Part shown: positions 13,360 through 24,525 of the stretch, piece after piece
Layout: each line of letters begins with the position of its first letter
Position numbering within the stretch: the first letter of the stretch is position 1
NCBI GenBank assembly: GCA_002269645.1
Contig: NIVC01001550.1
Coordinates: forward strand, 186,001 to 250,000
DNA: 64,000 nucleotides
Reading direction: 5' to 3'
Source of the DNA: Macrostomum lignano
Lineage: Eukaryota
The notes under the pieces: generated by a model
The model's input: only the letters and a program-made list of their open reading frames with translations
Database searches by the model: none
What the model was told of the DNA's origin: nothing
Program-made: the position numbers and the translations under genes

Positions 13360-14599
13360 AGGGAATACAGAATCCCGAGTTTTGCCTATCCCGGGATTCT
13401 CGGGATCGGGATATCCCGGACTTTAAAAGTTTCTAATCTTTGTTGGTAGAATTTTGATTAAGAAGCCATATCTCAGCTACATGTAAATATGATTTTAAAG
13501 GGCTTTTCAATAATATGAAAATAATAATGACAGAATAGAATATTTTACAAACAAGAAACTGACAGTGAGCTCTGAATCCGAGTGTGATGTAGGGGCTGAC
13601 GTAATGTGCTGTAACATCACTTGGTTGTGATGTAACCTGGGGAATGATAGCTTACAGAGCTATATAGATAAAGCTTCCCTCGGCTAGATAAAGCTTCCCT
13701 CGGCTAGATAAAGCTTCCCTCGGCTAGATAAAGCTTCCCTTGGCTAGATAAAGCTTCCCTCGGCTAGATAAAGCTTCCCTCGGTTAGAAAAAGCTTCCCT
13801 CGGCTAGATAAAGCTTCCCTTGGCTAGATAAAGCTTCCCTCGGCTAGATAAAGCTTCCCTCGGCTAGATAAAGCTAGCTCGAGGTACTGATACCAGGGTA
13901 GAAGAAGATCAGACCTCCTCCAGGGGCACCCGCCCTGAATGGAGAATTGCAGGGTAGCTTGGGTTGTGGTCCGATAGCAAGGTCTCATTGTTCTTATCCC
14001 AACTACGGCCAAGGAGTTTTGAAGGTAGAAACTGCTTAAAGTACATGTAGTTCTGCCACCACCCCGGCCTATGCTGGGCATCTAAAGGGTTGTCCTGACA
14101 TTGCTGAGAATGAGGTCTTTCGCATAGGGGGGGGGGCTTAATTCTGATCTGCGCAAGGTCGAGACCCGCTGATTTTAGCTGTGTTTGATTGCTATAGCGC
14201 TGTGATCGGAAACGATGAAGGATGAAGGATACATGTGCACATGTAGAATAATAATTACATTTTAGTCTGTGAGTACAATGCATACATTAACTCTCTTTAC
14301 GATCAACTAACAGCTTCAGTTTTGTACCCCTGCAGCCCTATAACCCTCTACTATCTAGCCTGCATGCTTAAAAGATGAATAAATCAAAGGGTTCTTTCTG
14401 ATTTTCACCTGACAAGTATCTCAGCCGCAAAGCTCAGAATGAGTAACTAGTAATTGAATTATTGCAAAGCGGGATCGGGATCCAGATGGTAAATCCCGGG
14501 ATTTTCGAATCCCGGACAATAAGTACTGATCTCGGGATTCAGAATCCCGGGATTTAGGCCTAATCCCAGGATCCCGGGATCACGGGACTGTATTCCCTA
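13360..14599. mobile_element. Non-autonomous DNA transposon (possibly hAT-like) with nested minisatellite
   Basis: 11-bp TIR AGGGAATACAG (13360-13370) / CTGTATTCCCT (14588-14598). ATCCCG/CGGGAT subterminal clusters at both ends. Flanks ctgtgaaa / ctgtaaag match at 6 of 8. Confidence 0.55.
13668..13875. repeat. 20-bp minisatellite CGGCTAGATAAAGCTTCCCT
   Basis: About 10 copies. Confidence 0.95.
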
Positions 14600-15296
14600 C
14601 TGTAAAGTGAAGGGTTCATTTTAATATTTACATATTATTAGTTATAATTATTATTAGTGGCCTAAGTGTACCTTTTGTGACCAATTTACAGCTTGAAACA
14701 TTAAACATGCCATAATAAAATTATTCAACAATATCTGCTACACTCTACTATCAGTAACTGAATACGTATAGTTTCTCACGAAGGTTGAGCACAACAATTA
14801 AAATAAAGTTTAGCACACACGCAATCAATTAAGCCCCTCGGGCTCTGAAAATATCCCACGCTAATGGATATTCCCGAGCCGCAGTATAGAGTATATAGAG
14901 TGCTGACAAATCTACCAAATAAAACCCAACAGTCTGCAGCTTTCCAAGTGTTTGCATAGAAAAAACCAAATAAAAGGCCATCGCTGCACAATAATGCGCT
15001 TTCTACTGCAAATAAGCGTGGACAGCTTCTCATTTTACACTTGAGCTAGTCAGAATTTCGTGAAAAATTTGGTGTTGATTTAGATGTTTTTTAGTATTGC
15101 CTGTCTGCTGTGATAGTGAGTCTGGCAGCTTTCAGTAGCCATGCAATTTTAAGAGTACGCTGTTGGACGCATTGTACGCTGTTGGCTAAGGTCCAGTGTC
15201 CTTAGCCAGTCTAGTGTGTAGGAGGCTTAAGTTGTTGGCCTACACACACATGGGGCTCACTTTCGCGTCGCGGGCGATAGTTCAGGCTCCGCGACA

Positions 15297-15720
15297 TTTG
15301 ACTGCCAAGCAGTTTGACTGCCAAGCAGTTTGACTGCCAAGCAGTTTGACTGCCAAGCAGTTTGACTGCCAAGCAGTTTGACTGCCAAGCAATTTGACTG
15401 CCCCAATTTGACTGCCAAGCAGTTTGATTGCCCCAATTTGACTGCCCCAATTTGACTGCCAAGCAGTTTGACTGCCCCAATTTGACTGCCCCAATTCGAC
15501 TGCCCCAATTTGACTGCCCCAATTTGACTACCCCAATTTGACTGCCCCAATTTGACTGCCCCAATTTGACTGCCCCAATTTGACTGCCCCAATTTGACTG
15601 CCCCAATTTGACTGCCCCAATTTGACTGCCCCAATTTGACTGCCCCAATTTGACTGCCCAGCAATTTGACTGCTCTAGTTTGACTGTCAAAGCAGTTTGA
15701 CTGCCCCAATTTGACTGCAA
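15297..15720. repeat. Compound 16/14-bp minisatellite TTTGACTGCCAAGCAG / TTTGACTGCCCCAA
   Basis: Two related units in tandem. Confidence 0.95.
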
Positions 15721-15928
15721 ACAATAACCCTAAGCTTAACGCTAACCTAAACCTTAACCATCACCTATAACCCTATCCTTAACACTATCCTTAATCCTGA
15801 CTAAAACCATACCATAAATCCACTGACGCCATGAATCATGCATATGTCAGCTCTACTTGAAGTATTCGTTCGATAAGGATAAAATAAATGTAGCCACGAT
15901 CAACTACTACCACAAACCGCTAATTCAA

Positions 15929-16490
15929 GTGCAGATAAGAGGTTACACGTACACATGTACATATCGAAGCGCAATTTCTAATTCAACAGAAAAGTGCAGA
16001 TAAGAGGTTACACGTACACATGTACATATCATAGCGCAATTTCTAACTCAACAGAAAAGTGCAGATAAGAGGTTACACGTACACATGTACATATCATAGC
16101 GCAATTTCTAACTCAACAGAAAAGTGCAGATAAGAGGTTACACGTACACATGTACATATCATAGCGCAATTTCTAATTCAACAGAAAAGTGCAGATAAGA
16201 GGTTACACGTACACATGTACATATCATAGCGCAATTTCTAATTCAACAGAAAAGTGCAGATAAGAGGTTACACGTACACATGTACATATCGAAGCGCAAT
16301 TTCTAACTCAACAGAAAAGTGCAGATAAGAGGTTACACGTACACATGTACATATCATAGCGCAATTTCTAATTCAACAGAAAAGTGCAGATAAGAGGTTA
16401 CACGTACACATGTACATATCGAAGCGCAATTTCTAATTCAACAGAAAAGTGCAGATAAGAGGTTACACGTACACATGTACATATCGAAGC
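15929..16490. repeat. 65-bp tandem repeat (GTGCAGATAAGAGGTTACACGTACACATGTACATATC...)
   Basis: About 9 near-identical copies, no spacers. Confidence 0.95.
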
Positions 16491-16914
16491 GCGCACACTA
16501 GCGTATTTACCTGAAAAGTAGAATTATTCATTTAGCAGCCCTAGTCATTAAAAAATTAGCCATAAACATTAGAACTGCATCAGTCTGGGTCTCGGAACCG
16601 ACTTTATAAGCTGTATTAGCTACCAAAAAACAAGTGCAATACATGTACCTTAATAGATGCTTTCTAACGGATTAAGTATTAAGAATTTCTAAAAAAATTA
16701 CTAAGATTAAGAAAAAAAATAAGTTTTCTGCAGCGCAGCACAGCTTTTTCTTCTCTATGAGCATTTAAAGTCAAGGAGGCTCAAGGAGGATTGATATTCA
16801 TACAGCTTTTCCTTTAGAAAAGTAGGATTCTTTGCTAATTTTATATCCTCCGTACATGTCCTGGGCGTAAAAATCATAAAAATGTCACATTCTTAGCTAA
16901 ATGTAACAAATGTG

Positions 16915-17262
16915 TAACAGAATGATAAAATAGATTGATAAAAACCAATGATCTCGATGCAGTGCAATGCAATTTATAATTTTTAGGCACAGGACATGTA
17001 CGTTGTAGGCTATAAAATTAACAAAAAATCTTAATTTTCTGAGCGAAAAGCTTTATGAATATCAATAGAGCTATAAGAGAGGCAAGCACGTGTAATATCA
17101 AAAGATGAACAATAACTTCGTGTACCAAAGCCATATAAAGCCTTTTGTGTTGAAAAAATGAAAACCTCCTATCTCGATCCGTAATGTACTCGTAATTTTT
17201 TTGAAAAAAAACTTGCCTACTAAAATTTTCCAAGAAACGTAGCCCTAATTGAGTAGTCCTTG
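16915..17262 (+). mobile_element. Dispersed AT-rich repeat, copy A (DNA transposon end?)
   Basis: Colinear shared blocks with the reverse complement of 56040-56400: GATAAAATAGATT, CGAAAAGCTTTATGAATATC, AAAAGATGAAC, TCCGTAATGT, AAGAAACG, GTCCTTG. Confidence 0.6.
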
Positions 17263-17384
17263 TAACTTATATGTTCATACGATAGATAAAAATATCAATT
17301 GATTTTAGTCTCATCTGGCTCCTTATAGTTTAAACTTTTCCGCCCATCGCACATGCATTTCAATATCTGGCGCCTGCCCGTCGG

Positions 17385-19434
17385 TCAGGGCGCCAGCCGC
17401 TCGTAGGTCCATCCGGCGCCATCCGCCTGCCGACGGAACTGCAGCCGGTCGTGCAGGCGGTCCCGCTGACCCTGCCAGAACTCAAAGCGGTCAGGCCGGA
17501 GCCGGTAGCCGCCCCACTGTTCCGGCCGGTCGATGCATTCGGCACCCTCGGCGGTGACACGCTCCGACAGGCTGCGCCGCGCCGATTCCAGCTCTTGGCG
17601 CGAGGCAATGACGCTGCTCTGCGAGCTGATCGCGGCGCCGATTTGGCTGTCCAACGGGCGCGATTTGAAGTAGGCGTCGCTGCGCTGAGAGTCCACCTTG
17701 GCAACGTCACCCTCGATGGTAACCATGCGGTGCACCTCCGGCCAGTACATGCACACGGTGGCCCGCGGGTTGTCTGCCTGTGTGTTGAAGGGATGGCATT
17801 TGATTTGCGTGGAAATTGGCGTAACTCAGGCCACACAGCCAGCACCGGGGCGCCAGCACCAGGGGCTTTAGCACCAGGGGCTTTAGCACCAGGGGCTTTA
17901 GCACCAGGGGCTTTAGCACCAGGGGCTTTAGCACCAGGGGCTTTAGCACCAGGGGCTTTAGCACCAGGGGCTTTAGCACCAGGGGCTTTAGCACCAGGGG
18001 CTTTAGCACCAGGGGCTTTAGCACCAGGGGCTTTAGCACCAGGGGCTTTAGCACCAGGGGCTTTAGCACCAGGGGCTTTAGCACCAGGGGCTTTAGCACC
18101 AGGGGCTTTAGCACCAGGGGCTTTAGCACCAGGGGCTTTAGCACCAGGGGCTTTAGCACCAGGGGCTTTAGCACCAGGGGCTTTAGCACCAGGGGCTTTA
18201 GCACCAGGGGCTTTAGCACCAGGGGCTTTAGCACCAGGGGCTTTAGCACCAGGGGCTTTAGCACCAGGGGCTTTAGCACCAGGGCTTTAGCACCAGGGGC
18301 TTTAGCACCAGGGGCTTTAGCACCAGGGGCTTTAGCACCAGGGGCTTTAGCACCAGGGGCTTTAGCACCAGGGGCTTTAGCACCAGGGGCTTTAGCACCA
18401 GGGGCTTTAGCACCAGGGGCTTTAGCACCAGGGGCTTTAGCACCAGGGGCTTTAGCACCAGGGGCTTTAGCACCAGGGGCTTTAGCACCAGGGGCTTTAG
18501 CACCAGGGGCTTTAGCACCAGGGGCTTTAGCACCAGGGGCTTTAGCACCAGGGGCTTTAGCACCAGGGGCTTTAGCACCAGGGGCTTTAGCACCAGGGGC
18601 TTTAGCACCAGGGGCTTTAGCACCAGGGGCGCCAGCACCAGTGGCGCCAGCACCAGGGGCGCCAGCACCAGGGGCGCCAGAACCAGGGGCGCCACTGACT
18701 TTAAACTACTGGCTAGTTTTTCGTGTACTATTCTTCAATAATTACTTAATTACTTTTTATGGTGCTATTTATTCTGATGTAATACAAGTAAGGGTAATTT
18801 TCTGTACTACATGTATATTCATATACTTTTTGCACTTACCAGCTCCTTGCCTTTCCTACTATTGTAGTTGGTATAAAAATAAAATCCAGTTTCGTCGTGT
18901 CCTTTTAAAAGCAGATAGCGCAGCGATGGCCTTCCGTCTCTAGAGAAAAGAAAAATGTCAGCCAAAGTCAGAGGTATGTGCATGTAGGTATAGTCTTATA
19001 GATGTTAGATGTTAGAAAAAATCTAATTTTAAAACATACCTAGTGGCTGTAGCTAATGCCATTTGATTTGGCTCGTTTGGGCTGCCCATTTCGCTAATAA
19101 CTTGCGAAGCCTGATCAAACCAAGCCTTCCACAGTTCAAACGGACTCTGCGACTCCAGTTTGGAGGAATTCAAAACTTGGTGTTTTTCTAGGTACGGTCG
19201 CCTCATCTCTGTTTGAAATGGTGCAGTTATTTTATTAGTGATTGGGGCCTAATTCTAAATATTACCGCGTAAAATACGCAAAAAATGAAATGGCTCAAGT
19301 TGCATGCTGTTTCAATCAATCAAAAAACTGATTCTTTATCTGTTTCGAAGTCATATTGCAATAATTACTTAAAAAATTCAACTCTTACTTTCTAGAGCCA
19401 CTCGATCCGATCCCGAATTACCGCCGTAGTCCAT
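17385..19434 (-). CDS. PNPO: Pyridoxine/pyridoxamine 5'-phosphate oxidase
   Basis: Exons 19389-19434 ([15 protein letters not shown]), ~19040-19208 (MRRPY...[11 protein letters not shown]), ~18840-18943 ([33 protein letters not shown]) and ~17385-17777 ([10 protein letters not shown]...[13 protein letters not shown]...WGGY...[13 protein letters not shown]...YERLAP*). All hallmark PNPO motifs are present. Confidence 0.95.
17842..18695. repeat. 15-bp minisatellite GCACCAGGGGCTTTA in a PNPO intron
   Basis: About 55 copies; variant GCACCAGGGGCGCCA at both edges. Confidence 0.97.
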
Positions 19435-19934
19435 AGCTACAGATTTTTATGTTAACGAGGTACCACAAAGAGTTGCTCTGATAATTTAATTATTCGAATA
19501 AAGAGGGTTCGGTGCATTCATAAATTTCCACGGTAATAGAAATTTTCGGCGTAAGTATTTAATTTTACAAGTCACATGTATGAGAAAGAGTTTTTACCTC
19601 CAAAAAGAATTAAAATATAGTTAAATGTAAATATAAATCATATTCTAAAGTAAAATCATCTGTACACTTCGTTTAAATGTTATGTAGCACGCCACGTCGT
19701 GAGCCGAAAATTTAAATGTTACATTTTATACGAATTCAATTTTGTACAAAGTTCTGCTACATATTTATCGTTAATAGTGGTAATTTCCGACTGGTTGCTA
19801 CTTGCTTACCTTAACTTTTTTAATTCAAACGCTTGACAAATTGCTGGTATTCTGTGCGCACGTAGCTTTAATTCTATCATTTCGATAACTTGTGATAGCG
19901 TTTGCCGTTCGTCGAAAATTAAGGCTGCTTGGAA
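19435..19934. promoter_or_regulatory. Probable bidirectional promoter (PNPO / PDI-like, head-to-head)
   Basis: Divergent inferred start codons 500 bp apart (19434 and 19935); no specific motif identified. Confidence 0.5.
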
Positions 19935-22900
19935 ATGTTTTGTCGGAAAAGCATTCTTATAATTTTATTTATCTCTTTTTCGCTAAGTAAGTATGCTGAG
20001 TATTTTGTGGTTTTGAAAGTACAATTGTATTCAAATTTCACGATTATCTATTGTGAGAAAATTTGTGAAGAAATGAATAATAAATGACAAACATGAAACA
20101 ACATCATTAAGGTAATTGTAATATGCATTAAACATAAATTTTAACTGTTCTTGATAATTTAAAACTTTTTTTCAGTTTGGACATCTGAAGTTAAAGAAGA
20201 TCACTTATTACTATTGGATGAGGCAACATTCGAAAGCGCTCTACAGAATAAAGATGTCATGCTTGTTTTATTTCAGTCTAACCAGTGAGTTCCAATATTT
20301 TTTGTAATGTATGAGTATTTAGTCATACTATATCCTATAATTTTCTTTCTAGTTTGGAAACAAAAATAAAACTGCTAGCTACAGTAATCTAGATGAGAAA
20401 AAATTATAATTATTCCTTTCTATAGCCTTTTTAACAGCCTTTTCATGAAAAAATACAATGCATATATCTTAAAAACTCTTGGAAGTGAGGTTTACAATAA
20501 AAAAATCGGCCTTATATTCTGAATTTTATGTCTATATTACTCCTTTCTAATGCACGTTTGGAGAAAAATAAAATAAAACACTGCCTCATAAGGATTTGGC
20601 CATGGTACTTCTACCATTAACTGAAATCAATGTTACAATAAAAACTCTTTGTTTAATTAAAATTTTTAACAAATTTGCTATTGTAATGTGAAATTAAGTT
20701 TTAATCTCTCTCTCTCTCTCTTTCTGCATAATTGAATTATTAGTTCATTTCAACATGATACTGAGCAGGATAAGCATTTCAATACCCTTCAATCGCAGGT
20801 GCCAAAGCTGCTCCGAGCTGCAGGCAAAGATGTCCGCCGCGGCTGCCTTGCTGTTTGACTCCACCGGCTCAGAGGCTCCGCCGCCTCGAGCGGGCCTGGC
20901 CCGAGTCAACTCCACCGCCTCGCCTTCGTTGGCGGCCCAATACGGCATTGACCCCAACTTGGCCACCCCGGTGCTGAAGCTGTTCAAGCTTGCGAGCTCT
21001 TCCGCGGCGGCCTCGGACTACACTGGCCCAACTGACACCGCCGAGGCCATCGCTGAGCACATTCGTCTACAAGCTGAGGCAGACAGTGGGCCGCAGCGCC
21101 TCACGGAGGCCAACCTGACGGATGCGCTGTCGCGCCAAGCCAACTGGCTGGTGGCCTTTGTTGACGCCGCCTCGTCATCCAGGCTTGACTTCGCTCTGGA
21201 AGGTTTGAAGTCTGCGGCTGACCAGCTGCGGCGCGGCAAGCACCCGGTGGCATTCGGCTACGCTGACGCTCGCGGCAACGAGGAGGCGCTGGCCAAGCGG
21301 CTGGGGCTGAGCACTGACTCGCTGCCCGTGTTCGCCCTGCTGCAGCGTGACGAGGTGCGCGCGACAATTATTTTACTCTGCTTCAAAATGATTTATGGCT
21401 GATTGTGTATCTGTTAGTGTCTGGCGCTGTATAGCAACCGCATATATACTGCATAATAATGGCTTGGCACTCACATAGCAACCGCACAGCAAAGCCTTGG
21501 CAACCGCACAGCAAAGCCTTGGCAACCGCATACATGTAGCAACCCCTATTGCAGCGCATGGCTTAAGTACGCCAGACGCCTACACAACCTGCGCCACGCT
21601 GTGAAATGACTTACCTGTGAAAGAAACCCTAAAGCAAAATTAGGGTAAACGGCAGGAGTAACTATGACTGTCTTATCAAGCCTAAATGCCTCGGCATCTA
21701 ATTAGTACCGCGCCGCGCCAAACTAATCGCCGCGCGCCGTACGCGCTGCGCCGCGCCGTATTAGATCCGCGCCGGACGCCGTCCGCCAAAATGCCCATGC
21801 GCTGCAATCAGGGTAGCAACCACACAGCAAAGCCTTGGCAACCGCATAGCAACCACACAGCAAAGCCTTGGCAACCGCATAGCAACCGCACAGCAAAGCC
21901 TTGGCAACCGCACAGCAAAGTCTTGGCAACCGCATAGCAACCGCACAGCAAAGCCTTGGCAACCGCATAGCACCTTGTTTACTCCTAGCTCCCATGTCTC
22001 CCAAATTGTCCTCTGTCCATACTCACTTTTCTATGACCCACCCCGCAGCCAAGCTGGGCCATTCCGTTCTCGCACGAGTTGAACGGCGCCAACCTGGCCA
22101 AATTTGTCCGGGCCCACGTGGTCGAGTCTATCGCTCAGCTACGCGCCGAAGCGGCCCAAATTCACGACAGCCCGGAGCCGCTCGACGCCCTCAACGGCGG
22201 CGTTGATGCGCACCTGGTGGCCAGCGAGGCCGCCGCCGCCCCCGTCCGGCGCTTTCTGGCCGCCTTCCTGGCCGAGTCCGGATTCTTTTTTGATCGTAGA
22301 CTGGACGGAGGCCTGCTGGCGGCACCGGCGGCGAAGAAACTTGGCATGACGCTGGATGCCATCTACGTGAGACTGTCGCCTCACCTGCTCACCAGCGGCG
22401 AGTCTGGCATGGCCCGGTGCGCTGAACTACTGTTTGCTCAGTTCAGATTCAAACTTGCAACCGCATAGCAACAGAGTAGCAACCGCATAGCAACAGAGTA
22501 GCAACCGCATAGCAACAGAGTAGCAACCGCATAGCAACAGAGTAGCAACCGCATAGCAACAGAGTAGCAACCGCATAGCAACAGAGTAGCAACCGCATAG
22601 CAACAGAGTAGCAACCGCATAGCAACAGAGTAGCAACCGCATAGCAACAGAGTAGCAACCGCATAGCAACAGAGTAGCAACCGCATAGCAACAGAGTAGC
22701 AACCGCATAGCAACCGGCTATAAATGCGTATTTCCTCGTCCTTGTTATCCTCGTACTTATCATTGCAACTCCGTCAATTCGCATCCGCAGCTACCCTGGC
22801 CCGCTGCATTCGAGCCCGTCCCTCAAGACTTTCTTTGATCGGCGCAGCCTGCCTCGCCTCGGCCTGTTGGCCTGGCACACCAGGCGGGCCTACATGAGCG

Positions 22901-24148
22901 CGCCTGGCCGGTCGGTGTGCCTGTTCTACACAAGCCTGCCTGGCAACTGGTTGGGCGAGTCGGGCAAGCTGGCCAAGAGGACTCACGCCAAACTGGCCGC
23001 CATGATCGAGGGTCGGCAGCAGCTGGCGCTGTTCGCTCTGGCGGGTGAGGAGCAGGTGAGCCGCTTTCCTGTCTGACCGACTTTTTATAACAGCAAACTC
23101 ACTTCAATGTGTACTTTTGGTAGTTTTCCATCAGCCACCCCTGATTCTCGGTAGTTTTCCGTCACCCACCCCTGATTCTCTCGGTAGTTTTCCATCACCC
23201 ACCCCTGATTCTCTCGGTAGTTTTCCATCACCCACCCCTGATTCTCTCGGTAGTTTTCCATCACCCACCCCTGATTCTCTCGGTAGTTTTCCATCACCCA
23301 CCCCTGATTCTCTCGGTAGTTTTCCATCACCCACCCCTGATTCTCTCGGTAGTTTTTCATCACCCAACCCTGATTCTCTCGGTAGTTTCCCGGCACCACC
23401 ACCGACTCTCTCAGTAATTTTCTATCACCCACCCCTGATTGCTTAGACAGTTCTCAATCACATCACCCTCTCAATAAGCCCAATCCCGCCAACCCCATTC
23501 TGAACTCTGCACATCACCCAGCAATCAACCGAGGTGGCCAACTTCGGCTTCGACGAGAGCTCCTCGGAGGTGAACCTGGGCTGCTACGACGCCGCCAGAC
23601 GCCGGTTCGCCATGCCCGAGTCGGACGGTCCCGACCCAGCCGCGGTGCACAAATTCCTAGACTCGTTCGCGGCCGGCACTGCGCCACAGCGGCTTCGCTC
23701 AGCCTCGGTGCCTCTCGCCGACAATGTCGAGGTTGCCACCGCCAACGCGGAGAGGTTAGCGCAGCTGCTGAAGGACGCGGCTCGGGTGCTGCTCATCCAG
23801 TGCGACTTCTCCACCCAGCCGTGCGGCCAATCAATCAAAGAGTTCGCCGCCGCCGCCTCGGAGTTCCTTAGCAACCGCAACAATAAAAACATTCGCTTCG
23901 TCCGAGTGGACACCAAGTTCAATGATCTGCCAGGCGAGCTGTACTACAGATTCGAGGGCGAATCCGCTATAGAACTGACCTCCGAACAGCCGCAGGTGAT
24001 GCTTCTGCTGCCCTCAGCGGGTCTGCAGTCTTCTGGCCAAGCAAAGGTGATTCGTTACGAACGGGACGCAGTTGCCAAGGCCTACCTGCTGCAGTTCCTG
24101 ACCGATAACAGCGAATTTGCGGATCGAGCAGCTCATCAGGAACTGTAG
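19935..24148 (+). CDS. Divergent protein disulfide-isomerase family protein (PDIA3/PDIA4-like), ER-resident
   Basis: Exons 19935-19986, 20176-20284, 20799-21354, 22049-22416, 22791-23055 and 23522-24148 join in frame. Signal peptide MFCRKSILIILFISFSL; Trx-like LLLLDEATFESAL...QCQSC; PDIA4-like AGEEQQSTEVANFGF...RRRFAMP...FLDSF...LRSASVP; RVDTKFNDLP; C-terminal HQEL. Confidence 0.8.
21542..21814. mobile_element. 273-bp MITE-like element carrying a 28S rRNA fragment, in PDI intron 3
   Basis: TIRs ACCCT-ATTGCAGCGCATGG (21542-21560) and CCATGCGCTGCAATCAGGGT (21795-21814). Direct repeat AGCA at 21538-21541 and 21815-21818. The element interrupts a 22-bp minisatellite. Confidence 0.8.
21643..21706 (+). 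pseudogene. 64-nt 28S rRNA-derived fragment (R2 / I-PpoI target region); not a functional rRNA gene
   Basis: GGGTAAACGGCAGGAGTAACTATGACTGTCTTATCAAGCCTAAATGCCTCGGCATCTAATTAGT compared with the conserved eukaryotic 28S GGGTAAACGGCGGGAGTAACTATGACTCTCTTAAGGTAGCCAAATGCCTCGTCATCTAATTAGT (recalled from memory). Confidence 0.85.
22447..22714. repeat. 22-bp minisatellite GCAACCGCATAGCAACAGAGTA
   Basis: About 12 perfect copies in PDI intron 4. Confidence 0.95.
23118..23445. repeat. 33-bp minisatellite TCACCCACCCCTGATTCTCTCGGTAGTTTTCCA
   Basis: About 9 copies in PDI intron 5. Confidence 0.93.
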
Positions 24149-24254
24149 ATTCGATAGCATTACGAATTTGATGGCATTACATTGCCACCGGTAAGGGGAA
24201 CATGCCCAAGGGTCATGGGGGTCACGAGGTCTTTAAAAGCAAAAAATCTAGTCT

Positions 24255-24525
24255 GGGGCGCTGAATTGGCGCTAAAATCTAGTCTAGCGCTGAAATCTAG
24301 CCTTTGGCGCTAAAATCTAGCCTTTGGCGCTGAAATCTAGCCTTTGGCGCTAAAATCTAGTCTTTGGCGCTAAAATCTAGCCTTTGGCGCTAAAATATAG
24401 CCTTTGGCGCTGAAATCTAGCCTTTGGCGCTAAAATCTAGCCTTTGGCGCTAAAATCTAGTCTTTGGCGCTAAAATCTAGCCTTTGGCGCTAAAATATAG
24501 CCTTTGGCGCTGAATAGGCGCTAAA
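24255..24525. repeat. 20-bp minisatellite TGGCGCTAAAATCTAGCCTT
   Basis: About 12 copies. Confidence 0.93.

Larger units (their letters stand above)
21468..21970. repeat. 22-bp minisatellite GCAACCGCACAGCAAAGCCTTG (split by the MITE)
   Basis: Units lie on both sides of 21542-21814. Confidence 0.85.

Noticed and set aside
15929-16490. CRISPR-like appearance of the 65-bp, 74-bp (33645-34151) and 32-bp (47485-48850) arrays
   Set aside because: Units are contiguous with no unique spacers, the context is eukaryotic, and there are no cas genes.
21643-21706. Functional rRNA gene
   Set aside because: Only 64 nt align and the flanks are not rDNA; recorded as a captured fragment instead.
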